Below are positions 16,368 through 27,007 of a DNA stretch of 52,858 nucleotides, in pieces. Where the stretch lies: the IMG/VR virus record IMGVR_UViG_3300032213_003065, positions 1 through 52,858 of that record, one strand, 5' to 3'. Made by a program: the position numbers and the translations under genes. How positions within the stretch are numbered: position 1 is the first letter of the stretch; every line of letters begins with the position of its first letter. The notes beneath the pieces were generated by a model. It was given only the letters and a program-made list of their open reading frames with translations. It had not been told where the DNA came from and did no database searches. Source of the stretch: a virus. Taxonomy: Duplodnaviria > Caudoviricetes.

Positions 16368-16993
16368 TTTCTAGCTATTATATCATATTCTTCTGGTTCT
16401 TCATCTCCGAGTCCCAATTCTTTCAAACGTTGTAAATGGTAGTCATCTAATTCCCATTCCACCTTACTTAAACTAACTGAGACATGGTCTTCAAGTCCTT
16501 TAATTTGCCTATCAGTGAACATATCACCTTGATAAATAAAATAACAGTTATAACATAGTAATTCTATATTTTCCTGTCTATAATTTTTCTTATTTTTATC
16601 TTTAAAATTAAGAAGTAAAGGCATTTTATAGTCTAATACTCGTCTTTCCTTGAAACCACACTCAGCACATTCCTCTAATAAATATCCTTCAGTGACAAGT
16701 CTATATTTCATCTTTTCAGGTGAAAATGAAGCAGCATTAACTCTACCTTCAATTATATCTATTAAGGCATGATGTTTTTTACCATTATTTAAAAATTTTG
16801 GAATACCTTTACCTGATTGGTTTATATGAAGTTCAAATAAACTTTTACCTGTTTCTTCGTCTTTATAGAACTTAGCCCATTTTTTATAGTGCTGGTATGA
16901 GCAATGGAGATATCTTGCTGCTGCCCTGTTTGACTGGGTAACATTCATTGCTCTTACAATGTCTTCTTTTAAGAATGGTCTTGCTTTTGGCAT
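16364..16993 (-). CDS. HTH plus zinc-binding HNH-like protein
   Basis: N-terminal SNRAAARYLHCSYQHYKKW HTH; CAECG ... LLCYNC; the expected catalytic His appears replaced (LLLNFKD). Confidence 0.7.
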   Translation of the reverse strand: MPKARPFLKEDIVRAMNVTQSNRAAARYLHCSYQHYKKWAKFYKDEETGKSLFELHINQSGKGIPKFLNNGKKHHALIDIIEGRVNAASFSPEKMKYRLVTEGYLLEECAECGFKERRVLDYKMPLLLNFKDKNKKNYRQENIELLCYNCYFIYQGDMFTDRQIKGLEDHVSVSLSKVEWELDDYHLQRLKELGLGDEEPEEYDIIARK

Positions 16994-16994
16994 G

Positions 16995-17282
16995 TTATTC
17001 TTCTACATTTGACGGGCCATCTTCAAGGAATATCTGATCGAAATTAGAAATGGTGGGGATACCATTCATTTCAGCTACTTTTCTTTCGGTTCTCATATAC
17101 ACATTATATTCATTTTCAGACATGATTTTTGTTTCCTGCCATGTATCTTCACCTTCACCACAAGTAATGGTTACTGATTTATATGCGCCTGTAGTTGAGC
17201 AATTTACACAGGTTACTGTGTGGGGAAGCGCCATAAGGCGTTTTTCTGGGATTTCGATATTACATTTTATACAATTCTTCAT
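16995..17282 (-). CDS. TraR/DksA C4-type zinc-finger protein
   Basis: CIKCNIEIPEKRLMALPHTVTCVNC. Confidence 0.85.
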   Translation of the reverse strand: MKNCIKCNIEIPEKRLMALPHTVTCVNCSTTGAYKSVTITCGEGEDTWQETKIMSENEYNVYMRTERKVAEMNGIPTISNFDQIFLEDGPSNVEE

Positions 17283-17330
17283 ATGTTATTCTATAATTTC
17301 TAATTTTAAAATAAATATACGAAGGAGATG

Positions 17331-17741
17331 TTACTTTTCCAAGTCTTTATTAAAGATGGTTTTTTGAAGATAATTCCATAAATCAATAGGTTTATTTAGA
17401 ATGATTTTATTTTCTTCTTCATCTTCTAATGCTATAACATTATTATCTTCATCTAATCGTTCCATCAAATACCACATTATTAACTCTGTGGCTTCTTCTC
17501 CATAAATTAATTTAAATTGATTTTCAATTACAAACCATAATGGATCTGTTATTTTAGTAATATCAATATCCATTTCACCTAACTTATCTTCTAAGTTTAA
17601 TGAATCATCTGCTTTTTGGATTAATATTTCAAATACTGTAGATTCTGTAGCTTTAATATTATCTTTAACTATAGTATTAGCACCTAATACAGTATCAAAT
17701 AATTTTTTTATATGTTTTATTTCTTCTGGTCCTTCGAACAT
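17331..17741 (-). CDS. hypothetical protein
   Basis: 136-aa ORF. Confidence 0.75.
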   Translation of the reverse strand: MFEGPEEIKHIKKLFDTVLGANTIVKDNIKATESTVFEILIQKADDSLNLEDKLGEMDIDITKITDPLWFVIENQFKLIYGEEATELIMWYLMERLDEDNNVIALEDEEENKIILNKPIDLWNYLQKTIFNKDLEK

Positions 17742-17879
17742 AATATAACTTTAAATATTTCTAAAAACGATTCCAATGGTAATCTTTTAATCCCACTAGC
17801 TATTATTTGGGCTTCATCTAAACTTTTAGCTTTAACTATACCTATTGTTTCTTCATTTTGATCATTAACATGACAATAT

Positions 17880-18215
17880 TTATACTTTTTCATACACAGA
17901 TAATTTATTTATTACGTCTTGGATTTCTATACATTTATCAAAATCTTCCAATTGTGAATAATGTTCTTGGATTTTCTTTAATACTGGGATGTATTGAGTT
18001 GAGTCTATTTCAACTATTAATGACAGATTAACTATATTAAATAGTTCAATTTTATCTTTTTTATCTTCAATGGATTGGAGAATAACATCTAAACTTTTTT
18101 GCAATGCAAATCCTGTAAAATCCTCATTCTTTGATATTGCTTTTAAATCTTCTTTATTCTCATATGATATTTGAAGATTAATGATACCCTTTTTGGTTTT
18201 GATATCTTGTTCCAT
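17880..18215 (-). CDS. hypothetical protein with C-terminal UVR-like helix pair (paralog of 15898..16194)
   Basis: EDFDKCIEIQDVINKL. Confidence 0.7.
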   Translation of the reverse strand: MEQDIKTKKGIINLQISYENKEDLKAISKNEDFTGFALQKSLDVILQSIEDKKDKIELFNIVNLSLIVEIDSTQYIPVLKKIQEHYSQLEDFDKCIEIQDVINKLSVYEKV

Positions 18216-18248
18216 AGGTTGAGGGTTTTATATGTTCAATAATAAATA

Positions 18249-19571
18249 TTAGATAAATTTAAAATTATCCACATTATTAATTTGATATGGTTTTGGATTC
18301 AAGTTTTCAATATTAATATCCTTTAAATTATTGATTTTTATTAAAAAATTTCCTATTTGATAATCCCCCACATATGAATCTTGTTGAAGCATGTTATTAA
18401 ATATTTCATTACTTTTTGAAATAAAACTATGCATTTCTTGAGAATTTATATTAGTCATTAAATCATAAAATGATGTCTTTATAATAATATCACCTTCTAC
18501 ATATGAATCTAAATCAGAACAATATTCAATTCTTTTATCAAAATCAACTATGTTAAAATCGTGTTTAACTTCATCCCAATGTTTAGAAGTATAACCCCAT
18601 CTTTTATTGGCATAATAATAATTTTCGAAGTCTAACTGGTGTTTTAATTCTTGAGTTACATCTAAATCGTTTAAGACTATTTTGCTAAAATAAGGTTCAA
18701 TTGATTTTATAATATTAATATCTACCCCAGTATCAATGTTTATTAATAATGTACTATTATATTTTGGTTTATAATCATGACCAAAATATCCCCATTTTCT
18801 TATGAATCGTTTTAATTCTTCTTGATCTGCTTTTTCTTGTAGTAAATTTTTTCTTTTTGCTGAGTTGTTTTGTTTAAACCAATCATTTCCACGGCTGGAA
18901 ACACAAGTAAAATGATAGACACATGCATTCCATGATTGGATAGTATTTAAACCACTCATTTTCATTCTTAATATTGTATCTGAATCTTCTCTTGAGCATC
19001 TAAATTGAACATCAAATCCCCCTAATTGTTTAAACCATGTTTCTTTATACACAGCAAATGGAGCAAAATGACCATCCATATTTGGTCTGTTTTCTTTTTG
19101 CAGTTCATCTACAAACTTATTAAATTCATCAAATTTAAACTCATCTGGGGTAATACCAAAATCCATTACAATTTTTTCAGGAGAACCTGGATGGAGAGGA
19201 GGTTCAATTCTAGCACAAGATAAAACTGTATTTTCACCTATATTTTCAGAAATATGTTTATCCAAATCCCTACCAGCAACCATATCAGATTGTAAATAAC
19301 ATACAATAGGATTAGTAGCATGATGAAACATGATAGAGACATTACGTTGACTCCCTATAGGAAATTCAGTTTCATTCCTATATATTTTTAAATTAGGAAA
19401 TGTAGGTTGTAATTCAGATAGATGTTCATATGTATTTTGATTATCTGAATCAATGAATATTAAAATTTCATGATTTTCTAGTTGGGTATGTTTTTTTAGA
19501 GAGTTTAATAGTAATGTAGTATAATCTTTTTCATTTTTAGCTGATGCTATACAGAATGTTATGTTTTTCAT
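18249..19571 (-). CDS. glycosyltransferase family 2 with C-terminal extension
   Basis: GT-A N-terminus ITFCI, YLQSDM, GGFD...REDSD, VYHFT. Confidence 0.85.
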   Translation of the reverse strand: MKNITFCIASAKNEKDYTTLLLNSLKKHTQLENHEILIFIDSDNQNTYEHLSELQPTFPNLKIYRNETEFPIGSQRNVSIMFHHATNPIVCYLQSDMVAGRDLDKHISENIGENTVLSCARIEPPLHPGSPEKIVMDFGITPDEFKFDEFNKFVDELQKENRPNMDGHFAPFAVYKETWFKQLGGFDVQFRCSREDSDTILRMKMSGLNTIQSWNACVYHFTCVSSRGNDWFKQNNSAKRKNLLQEKADQEELKRFIRKWGYFGHDYKPKYNSTLLINIDTGVDINIIKSIEPYFSKIVLNDLDVTQELKHQLDFENYYYANKRWGYTSKHWDEVKHDFNIVDFDKRIEYCSDLDSYVEGDIIIKTSFYDLMTNINSQEMHSFISKSNEIFNNMLQQDSYVGDYQIGNFLIKINNLKDINIENLNPKPYQINNVDNFKFI

Positions 19572-19575
19572 TTTA

Positions 19576-20361
19576 TTATTTTAATATATTATAAACTTCT
19601 TTAATTCCTTGTTCTAATCCTATTATATTAAAAGGCATAATATTATGAGTACCACAATATGCTTTACCTTCAATTTTATTTTCTATTTGTATTTTTACTT
19701 GATAATCATCTAATGAATTAATTATCTCAGCAATTTGGATTAAATTATATTTTTTTAAATAACTACAATTAATTTCTTGGATGGGGAATTTTTCTTTGTG
19801 GTAATCAAGTAACCATTCAATCATAGAAATCAAATCTTTCATATAAAAGAAATCCATCTGCTTATTTTGATGAATACTTAAATTTTCTTGATTAATATAT
19901 TTTAAAATATTATTTTTAATAAACCTAGTGGATAATTCATTTTCATCAAACACCGCATAAATTTTTATATTTATACTTTTTGGATCTAATTTCATTAATT
20001 GGTTTATAATATGTTTACTGAATCCATAAGGGGTATTTGCATCTTCTTCTGCACCTGATCCAAAATGGATTAATCGGGAAAATTTATCTCTACAATACAT
20101 TAAGTTATCATACATTAAAAGATTTTCTACTACAACTTCTGGTCCTTCAATTGGGTTTAATCTACTACCTCCTTTTACAGCGGTGTGGATTACTACATCA
20201 AAATACTTATCTGAGAAATAATGTTGGGTTTCTTCTCTTTGAGTAAGATCAAAGTCATTTCTAGATATTAATGTTATGTCATATTTTGAATATAGATAAG
20301 AATGTATACTTTTCGCTATATAACCATTCGCTCCAGTAATCAATATTTTTAATCTATCCAT
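19576..20361 (-). CDS. NAD-dependent epimerase/reductase (extended SDR)
   Basis: ILITGANGYIA, FGSGAE, YGFSK. Confidence 0.9.
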   Translation of the reverse strand: MDRLKILITGANGYIAKSIHSYLYSKYDITLISRNDFDLTQREETQHYFSDKYFDVVIHTAVKGGSRLNPIEGPEVVVENLLMYDNLMYCRDKFSRLIHFGSGAEEDANTPYGFSKHIINQLMKLDPKSINIKIYAVFDENELSTRFIKNNILKYINQENLSIHQNKQMDFFYMKDLISMIEWLLDYHKEKFPIQEINCSYLKKYNLIQIAEIINSLDDYQVKIQIENKIEGKAYCGTHNIMPFNIIGLEQGIKEVYNILK

Positions 20362-22076
20362 TGTATATTTTTTAATTCACCAGGAATAAATTTACCATCT
20401 TCTCCTAATTTAGCTACTACTTTAGGTTCATGAAATTCTTCAGGATCAGTAAACACCTCTAAAACTGCTGGGCCTTCATATGATAAAAATTCTTCTAATG
20501 TAGGATGAATATTTTGGTTATTTTTAATATTATAATAAGGTAAATCGTATGCTTTAATCAATTTTTCAAAGTTTGGAAATGATACACCACTACTTTTTTC
20601 AGATGCTACAAAACGTCCATTAAAAAATGCTTTTTGAGATATCTTAATTGAAGTATACCCATCATTGTTAAGTAAAATAAGTTTGATAGGTAAATTATAA
20701 TGTTTCATTGTTTGTAACTCATGAATATTTAAATGTAAACTACCGTCTCCTTCAATACAAACTATTTTATGATTTGTAGCTGCTCCAAGTGCCGCTGGTA
20801 ATCCATATCCCATTGGGGCACATCCTGTATTAGTGATTAATCTTTGATTGCCTTTAAGTTTCATGACTTGCATAGTTACTACATTTGCTGAGCCATCACT
20901 AGTTACAATATGATGATCTTGAGGGAAAACTTTATGTAATTGTTCTATAAACGCATAATGACTTGCATATTCAGTTTTATTTCTATGTTTAGGTAATACT
21001 GTAGGTTCATAATACCATTTAATACATTCATTTAACCAACTTGTATTAGTTTCAGGAAGATTTTGAGAATCTAATACTTTTAAAAATTCTTTAGCGTCTG
21101 AATGGATTTTTAAATCTGTAAATAAAGTTGGTTTATTTAATTCATTTTCATCTACATCAATATGAACTTTATATGCTTGTCTCGCAAACCCTTCAAAATT
21201 ATATCCAGTTTGTCTAACATACAATCTACTACCTATTGTTAAAAGAAAATCACATTCACTCAATAAATTATTCGCTCCAATTTGAGCATGAGTTCCAAAT
21301 CTACCACAATAATATTCATAATCATCATTTACAATATCATTTCCATTAACCGCTGATATTACAGGTATTTTTGTTTTATCTAATATTTTATATAACTCTT
21401 CAATACCTCCACTTAATCGGATACCATTACCAACAACCATAAGTGGTTTTTTAGCTTGATTCCATTTTTCTAATAAAGAATCCATTTCTAATTGAGATGG
21501 AGATAATAACTCCATAACCTCATTATATCCATTTAATTCATCAGGTTCAATATTCATTGATTGGATATTTAATGGAATATCAATCCAAACAGGTCCTGGT
21601 CTTCCTGATGTGGCTAAACTACATGCTTTTTCCAAATGATATCTAATTTCAGAAGCATCATTTACTTGTACAGCATATTTAGTCATGTTTTTTACTGAAT
21701 CAATAATATTGAATTCTTGATCACCTAATTGTCTTAAAGGTAAACCTGTATAATTTGTAGTCATTTCTTTATTAACTTGACCACTAATATAAATTACTGG
21801 GATAGAATCTAACCAATTACATAATGTACCTGTTATAGCATTTGTTCCTCCAGGTCCACTTGTAATAATACATGCTCCTAATTTATTATTCATTCTTGCA
21901 TAACCTTCAGCTGCTATTGATGCTGCTTGTTCATGGTGAGTAGCTACATATTTTACTCCCTCAGTTGTTCCTAGAGAATCAATCAAAAATATACATCCTC
22001 CTCCAGATACAGTAAAAATTGTATCAGTTTTGTATTTGTTTCTTAAAAATTGGATAACATAATCAGATAATCTCAT
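20349..22076 (-). CDS. ThDP-dependent acetolactate-synthase-like enzyme (YerE-type sugar C-branching candidate)
   Basis: HHEQAAS, TSGPGGTN, GRPGPVWIDIP, GDG-x25-NN ThDP motif; embedded in a sugar cluster. Confidence 0.9.
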   Translation of the reverse strand: MRLSDYVIQFLRNKYKTDTIFTVSGGGCIFLIDSLGTTEGVKYVATHHEQAASIAAEGYARMNNKLGACIITSGPGGTNAITGTLCNWLDSIPVIYISGQVNKEMTTNYTGLPLRQLGDQEFNIIDSVKNMTKYAVQVNDASEIRYHLEKACSLATSGRPGPVWIDIPLNIQSMNIEPDELNGYNEVMELLSPSQLEMDSLLEKWNQAKKPLMVVGNGIRLSGGIEELYKILDKTKIPVISAVNGNDIVNDDYEYYCGRFGTHAQIGANNLLSECDFLLTIGSRLYVRQTGYNFEGFARQAYKVHIDVDENELNKPTLFTDLKIHSDAKEFLKVLDSQNLPETNTSWLNECIKWYYEPTVLPKHRNKTEYASHYAFIEQLHKVFPQDHHIVTSDGSANVVTMQVMKLKGNQRLITNTGCAPMGYGLPAALGAATNHKIVCIEGDGSLHLNIHELQTMKHYNLPIKLILLNNDGYTSIKISQKAFFNGRFVASEKSSGVSFPNFEKLIKAYDLPYYNIKNNQNIHPTLEEFLSYEGPAVLEVFTDPEEFHEPKVVAKLGEDGKFIPGELKNIQWID

Positions 22077-23079
22077 AAATTTGTTTTAATGTTTCTTGTA
22101 ATATACGAACATTTTCTATGTTTTCCAAAAATGGTTTATCATCTATTAAAACCATTGTTAATTTTCCTGTACTTTTTTTATCGGATTTAATAATTTCAAG
22201 AAGTGGATTCAACTCAAACCATTCTTGTTTAAATTGTAATTTACTATTTTTAAGTAATAATTTACCTTTTTCAATAATAACATCATAATTAACAACATCA
22301 TACCCTAACTCTTTAGATATCATCACTGCTATCATACTTCCTATAATAACTGCTATACCATGAGGTATTTCATGTTTTGAAGTTGATTCTAAAGCATGTC
22401 CAAATGTGTGCCCAAAATTTAAAAATTTACGTTCACCTTTATCAAATTCATCTCTAGATAAAATATCAATTTTATATTTTAACCCGTCATAAATCATAGA
22501 TTTAATAGGGGATAAAGGATCAAAATTAAGTATTTTATTCTGTAGTATATGGAATTTATATATTTCTCCTAAACCACTAATATAGTCTAATTCAGGTAAA
22601 GTTTGAGTAAATTCAGGGTATATTAGAATTGATGATGGTGGGTAAAATGTTCCTAATAAATTTTTTCTATCATGAAAATTAAGTGATGTTTTACCTCCAA
22701 TACAGCTATCAGCTTGAGATAATAGTGTAGTTGGAACTAAAATATATTCAATTCCTCTACTATAAATTGAAGCACAAAACCCAACTAAATCCTGTAAGAT
22801 ACCTCCACCAATAACTACTAATTTAGTATTTATATTAGCTTTTTTTATAGATAATACTTCAATAATTTTATCTACTTCCTGTAATTCCTTATTTTGTTCA
22901 ATACAATTAATTAAAACTGCATCAAAAGTATTTAATTCAGGATATAGATGAGCAACATTGTCATCTATAAAAGTAATAGTATTAGGTTGCTGAACTATTT
23001 CTGTGATGTAATTTAAAGATTCTATGAATTTTAGTTCATAGTTATTAATTTTTGATGATATTTTTAATATGTCGTACAT
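22063..23079 (-). CDS. 3-dehydroquinate-synthase-like sugar-phosphate cyclase
   Basis: IGGGILQD, PTTLLSQADSCIGGKT, LNFGHTFGHALE, IPHG. Confidence 0.85.
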   Translation of the reverse strand: MYDILKISSKINNYELKFIESLNYITEIVQQPNTITFIDDNVAHLYPELNTFDAVLINCIEQNKELQEVDKIIEVLSIKKANINTKLVVIGGGILQDLVGFCASIYSRGIEYILVPTTLLSQADSCIGGKTSLNFHDRKNLLGTFYPPSSILIYPEFTQTLPELDYISGLGEIYKFHILQNKILNFDPLSPIKSMIYDGLKYKIDILSRDEFDKGERKFLNFGHTFGHALESTSKHEIPHGIAVIIGSMIAVMISKELGYDVVNYDVIIEKGKLLLKNSKLQFKQEWFELNPLLEIIKSDKKSTGKLTMVLIDDKPFLENIENVRILQETLKQIYEII

Positions 23080-23699
23080 AAATAACCTCCGTCTATTTTA
23101 ATGTTTTGTCCTGAAATGTAAGTGTTTTCTATGCTAAGTAGATATACTAATTTAGCTATTTCACTAGGTAATCCTAATCGTTTGATAGGAATATTTTCTT
23201 TTAATTTTTCTAATTCTTCTGGGGTATTATTTTGGGTTGTTAGATCTGTTAAAATAAACCCAGGTGAAATAGTATTAGATAGAATATTATATTGGGCATA
23301 TTCAGCAGTTAATGCTTTAGTTAATGAATGTAAAGCATTTTTACTAGCACTATATGCTAATCTACCCGGTTTGGCAAGATCAATCCAAATACTTCCTATA
23401 TTTATAATTCTACCATATTTTTGATGAACCATAAAAGGTAAACACTGTTGTATAATTTCAAGAGGAGATAAATAATTTACTCTCATTACATCTTCATCTG
23501 ATATTTCTGTTATTGATTTAATAGGGTTAATACCTGCATTATTAATTACAATATCAAATTCATTAGATTCTAAAGATACTTTATCCGATAAATTAATATC
23601 TTCTCTTGAAGGTGAATATACAATATGTCCATGTTTTTCAAATTCATCAACAATTGATTTTCCTATACCTCTTGATCCTCCTGTAATGAGTACTTTCAT
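23064..23699 (-). CDS. short-chain dehydrogenase/reductase
   Basis: TGGSRGIG, NNAG, YSASK, PG. Confidence 0.9.
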   Translation of the reverse strand: MKVLITGGSRGIGKSIVDEFEKHGHIVYSPSREDINLSDKVSLESNEFDIVINNAGINPIKSITEISDEDVMRVNYLSPLEIIQQCLPFMVHQKYGRIINIGSIWIDLAKPGRLAYSASKNALHSLTKALTAEYAQYNILSNTISPGFILTDLTTQNNTPEELEKLKENIPIKRLGLPSEIAKLVYLLSIENTYISGQNIKIDGGYLCTTY

Positions 23700-24499
23700 T
23701 ATTTAAAAGAGATAGATTGATTAATTCTGTCTTGAATCATTTGAATTCTTTTAATATCCTGGTTAGCTAATGTAGTGTAATATTCATTTTTAGATTTTAG
23801 CCATTCATATTCAAACATTTGTGCTTTAGATAACGCTCTAGATAAATTTTTCAAACTAATAGATGGATCAAAAATTGCATATCTGGTTTCAAATTTATCT
23901 AATAATCCTTCAGAATGTAGTTTTTTCAAAAAGTTAAGAGAATCTACAGAAACTGCTCCACCTAAACAAGCTTTAAGACCTTTTTCTTTTGCTTTAGTAA
24001 ATACGGTTTTAGCCATTTTATAAACTTCATCACTATTTACATAATTTCTATCTTTTCCCATTGATGATACTAAATCAACTCTTCCTACTGTTACACCATA
24101 TAAATCCTCAGATTCAGGTGTTTCTAACATTTTTGTAGCATTATTAATGGCAGTTACAGTTTCGATATTTACATTAAGTTGAAGTGAAGAACGGATATCT
24201 TCAGGAATATATGTTCTAGTAGCTTGAATGAATTTTTTTAATCCAAATTCTGATTCAACCATAGGAGCTACTAAACCTTTTACTCCAATAATAGAGGAGT
24301 CTTTTAAGTCTCTAATAGCTTCTGGTCCACCTATTTTTAGAGTTATTTTGGTTTTAGCTTGATTACACACTTCTTTTAAACGAACAGTCTCATTAAATAG
24401 AGCACCTTCATCTTCAAAACTTGTTTTAATACCTATTAAACCTTCATTTTCAATAAGGTCTGTAAGGATTTTTACGCATTTAAATTCTCTTGTATTCAT
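23699..24499 (-). CDS. HpcH/HpaI aldolase / citrate-lyase-family protein
   Basis: KIGGPEA, APMVES, NIET, GRVDL. Confidence 0.8.
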   Translation of the reverse strand: MNTREFKCVKILTDLIENEGLIGIKTSFEDEGALFNETVRLKEVCNQAKTKITLKIGGPEAIRDLKDSSIIGVKGLVAPMVESEFGLKKFIQATRTYIPEDIRSSLQLNVNIETVTAINNATKMLETPESEDLYGVTVGRVDLVSSMGKDRNYVNSDEVYKMAKTVFTKAKEKGLKACLGGAVSVDSLNFLKKLHSEGLLDKFETRYAIFDPSISLKNLSRALSKAQMFEYEWLKSKNEYYTTLANQDIKRIQMIQDRINQSISFK

Positions 24500-24530
24500 A
24501 TAACTTGTTTTTTATGAGTTTTATTTATTG

Positions 24531-25505
24531 TTACCATATAAATTTATTTTTATAATGATTAATTATACGAACAATTTCTTCAGAAAACACGCTTTTTGGC
24601 GACCATCCTAAAGCTCTTATTTTAGAATCATCTAATGCATAACGAACATCTTGTCCTGGTCTATTACATGAAAAATCTATATAATCTTTATACATTATAC
24701 TAGCTTCTTGTGGTCGATCCTTAACATTAAAATATTCGGATATTATAGCATTAACTGTGTCTATATTTTGTTGTTCAAAACCACCAGCAACATTATATAT
24801 TTCACCGATTTTACCGTTTTCAATCAAAGTAATTACTGATTCTGCGGTATCACTAGCATGTAACCAGTTTCTATAAGGTGTACCATTATTATGTAAAGGT
24901 ATTTTACGACCTAAACTTAAACATTTAACTGCTTTTGGTATTAATTTTTCAACATATTGTCCTATACCATAATTGTTTGTTGGACGAATAATCATATAAG
25001 GTACATTGTGTGTTCTACCCCAAGCCATTACTAACATATCAGCAGCTGCTTTAGTTGCTGAGTATGGATTACTTGGTTTTAATAAATGATCTTCAGTATG
25101 AGCTCCTTCATCTATATCACCATAAACTTCATCAGTACTAAAATGTAATAATACAGGTTTTTTACTATTTTCTCCTCTATGGTTTTTGATTAATTCAAGT
25201 AAATTATGAACTCCATCAATATTTGACTTAACAAATTCAACACTACTAGCAATTGAGTTACCAACATGAGTTTCAGCAGCTGTATTAATTACATAATCAC
25301 AATCATATAAGAATTTTAAATCATTAATATCACTGTGAACAAATGAAAAATTTGGATAAGATTTAAATTCATTTAATAGGTCTTTATCAGCAGCATAAGT
25401 CATTTTATCTACTCCTTTTACATACCATCCTTTTTTTAAACATGCTCTTGTTACATGAGAACCTATAAACCCGCAACATCCTGTTATATAAACTACTTTT
25501 ATCAT
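24531..25505 (-). CDS. rfbB: dTDP-glucose 4,6-dehydratase-like
   Basis: GCCGFIG, AAETHV, STDEVYG, NPYSATK, EKLIP, RPGQDVRY. Confidence 0.85.
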   Translation of the reverse strand: MIKVVYITGCCGFIGSHVTRACLKKGWYVKGVDKMTYAADKDLLNEFKSYPNFSFVHSDINDLKFLYDCDYVINTAAETHVGNSIASSVEFVKSNIDGVHNLLELIKNHRGENSKKPVLLHFSTDEVYGDIDEGAHTEDHLLKPSNPYSATKAAADMLVMAWGRTHNVPYMIIRPTNNYGIGQYVEKLIPKAVKCLSLGRKIPLHNNGTPYRNWLHASDTAESVITLIENGKIGEIYNVAGGFEQQNIDTVNAIISEYFNVKDRPQEASIMYKDYIDFSCNRPGQDVRYALDDSKIRALGWSPKSVFSEEIVRIINHYKNKFIW

Positions 25506-25513
25506 ATTATTTA

Positions 25514-26146
25514 TTATTTTTTTATTAAACCTACTTGATATCCACTAAATAAAGCATCATAAAAATCTTCATAAACATTATAGAAACAATTAATAGCTAA
25601 TTCTGGGCTATTTGTTGGGGAAAGATTATTTGGGTCTTTCCAAAGAAAATCATCAAATATCATAACTCCACCTGATTTTAATAATGGGTGAGATAAAATA
25701 GCATCAGCTAAAACATCATAAGCTGTATGAGACCCATCAATATAAATGAAATCAAACATATTATTATTAAATTCTTTTTTAAGAATCTCACTTGAATATC
25801 CCTGATGGATAAACACTTTTTCTTTATGGTTTGAAATATTATGATTGAATTTATTATATAAATTACTTAAACCTAAATTAATATCAGATGCAGACATACC
25901 TATTTCATTCGTAGATCCTTGAAAAGTATCTACAACATGAATTATTGAATTATCTCCAGTTAATATATTTTCAAGCATATAATTTGTAGCTCTACCTTCA
26001 AAACATCCAATTTCTAAAAATGTAAGGTTATCTTTTCCTTTGAGATTGGTTTTTGAAAATACCATTTCCCATACTGGGATGTTGTTGCTAAACCAGTCTA
26101 CACTGTACATAGGTTCTTTTATTTTATTTATCATATTTTTTAACAT
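25514..26146 (-). CDS. class I SAM-dependent methyltransferase (Methyltransf_24-like)
   Basis: LEIGCFEG, FDFIYIDGSH, LKSGGVMIFDD. Confidence 0.9.
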   Translation of the reverse strand: MLKNMINKIKEPMYSVDWFSNNIPVWEMVFSKTNLKGKDNLTFLEIGCFEGRATNYMLENILTGDNSIIHVVDTFQGSTNEIGMSASDINLGLSNLYNKFNHNISNHKEKVFIHQGYSSEILKKEFNNNMFDFIYIDGSHTAYDVLADAILSHPLLKSGGVMIFDDFLWKDPNNLSPTNSPELAINCFYNVYEDFYDALFSGYQVGLIKK

Positions 26147-27006
26147 TTATTATTTATATTAATCCAAGTTGGTGGGTAATAATTTCCATTAATCCAGGAT
26201 GATTGATGGTTTGATTTTAACCAATTAGTTGGACAAATTATTTTTTTATTAGGATTTTTACATAAATAAGCACCCCACCAAGAATAAGAGCTGTTTGCAG
26301 TAATATGATGATCACATAAACTCATTAAAGCTAAATCTTCTTTTTCAGAATCAGAACATATTTTTTCTCCTCCTACAGGATCAATAAAGTAAATATTATC
26401 ACCTTCAAAAAGTGCTTTAGCATATGAAATATCATTAGAGAAAATCAAAAAATTATAATCTTCAATAGGAAGAAAGTGATCTACTAATGCTTTTGTATAA
26501 TATTCATTATCTAATTCACAAAATGAATGATGAGGTAACAAATAATCCCCTCTTCTAATATGGATACTCACAATAGGATTATCATTTCCTAACTCTTTTT
26601 TAATTTCTTCCATCCTACGATTAGCTTGGGATTGAATATACGGTTGATAATTCCATAATTCAACATCTTTCCCAATATCATTATACCAATATGTGTATAA
26701 ATCAAACCTTCCAATTAAATTATAATTAATATCAGATTGAAGATTAAATAAAGTTTCATCATACCTAGTTGTATGAAAATTTATTTGTTTATTTTGAAAT
26801 GTTTTAAAAAATTCAAGTGGTTTAATTTCATACTTTAAATCTAATAAATCAAATACTCTAATCCCCACACCATGTTTTAACATTTCCTCAGCAAACACTA
26901 CAGTTTTATTGTTTGCTTTAGCAACTGCCAATAAACTTGAATAAATTTGTAGTTGGGAACAAAGCCCACCTGAAGATCCTAATTCGGCTAATGTGATATA
27001 ACTCAT
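26140..27006 (-). CDS. glycosyltransferase family 11 (alpha-1,2-fucosyl/colitosyltransferase-like)
   Basis: GGLCSQL, HIRRGDY, FSND, ANSSYSWWGAYL. Confidence 0.9.
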   Translation of the reverse strand: MSYITLAELGSSGGLCSQLQIYSSLLAVAKANNKTVVFAEEMLKHGVGIRVFDLLDLKYEIKPLEFFKTFQNKQINFHTTRYDETLFNLQSDINYNLIGRFDLYTYWYNDIGKDVELWNYQPYIQSQANRRMEEIKKELGNDNPIVSIHIRRGDYLLPHHSFCELDNEYYTKALVDHFLPIEDYNFLIFSNDISYAKALFEGDNIYFIDPVGGEKICSDSEKEDLALMSLCDHHITANSSYSWWGAYLCKNPNKKIICPTNWLKSNHQSSWINGNYYPPTWININNKC

Positions 27007-27007
27007 T

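Noticed and set aside
20349-23079. Amino-acid biosynthesis auxiliary genes ilvB and aroB
   Set aside because: No ilvN/ilvC or other aro genes; tight coupling to nucleotide-sugar enzymes favours sugar-tailoring paralogs
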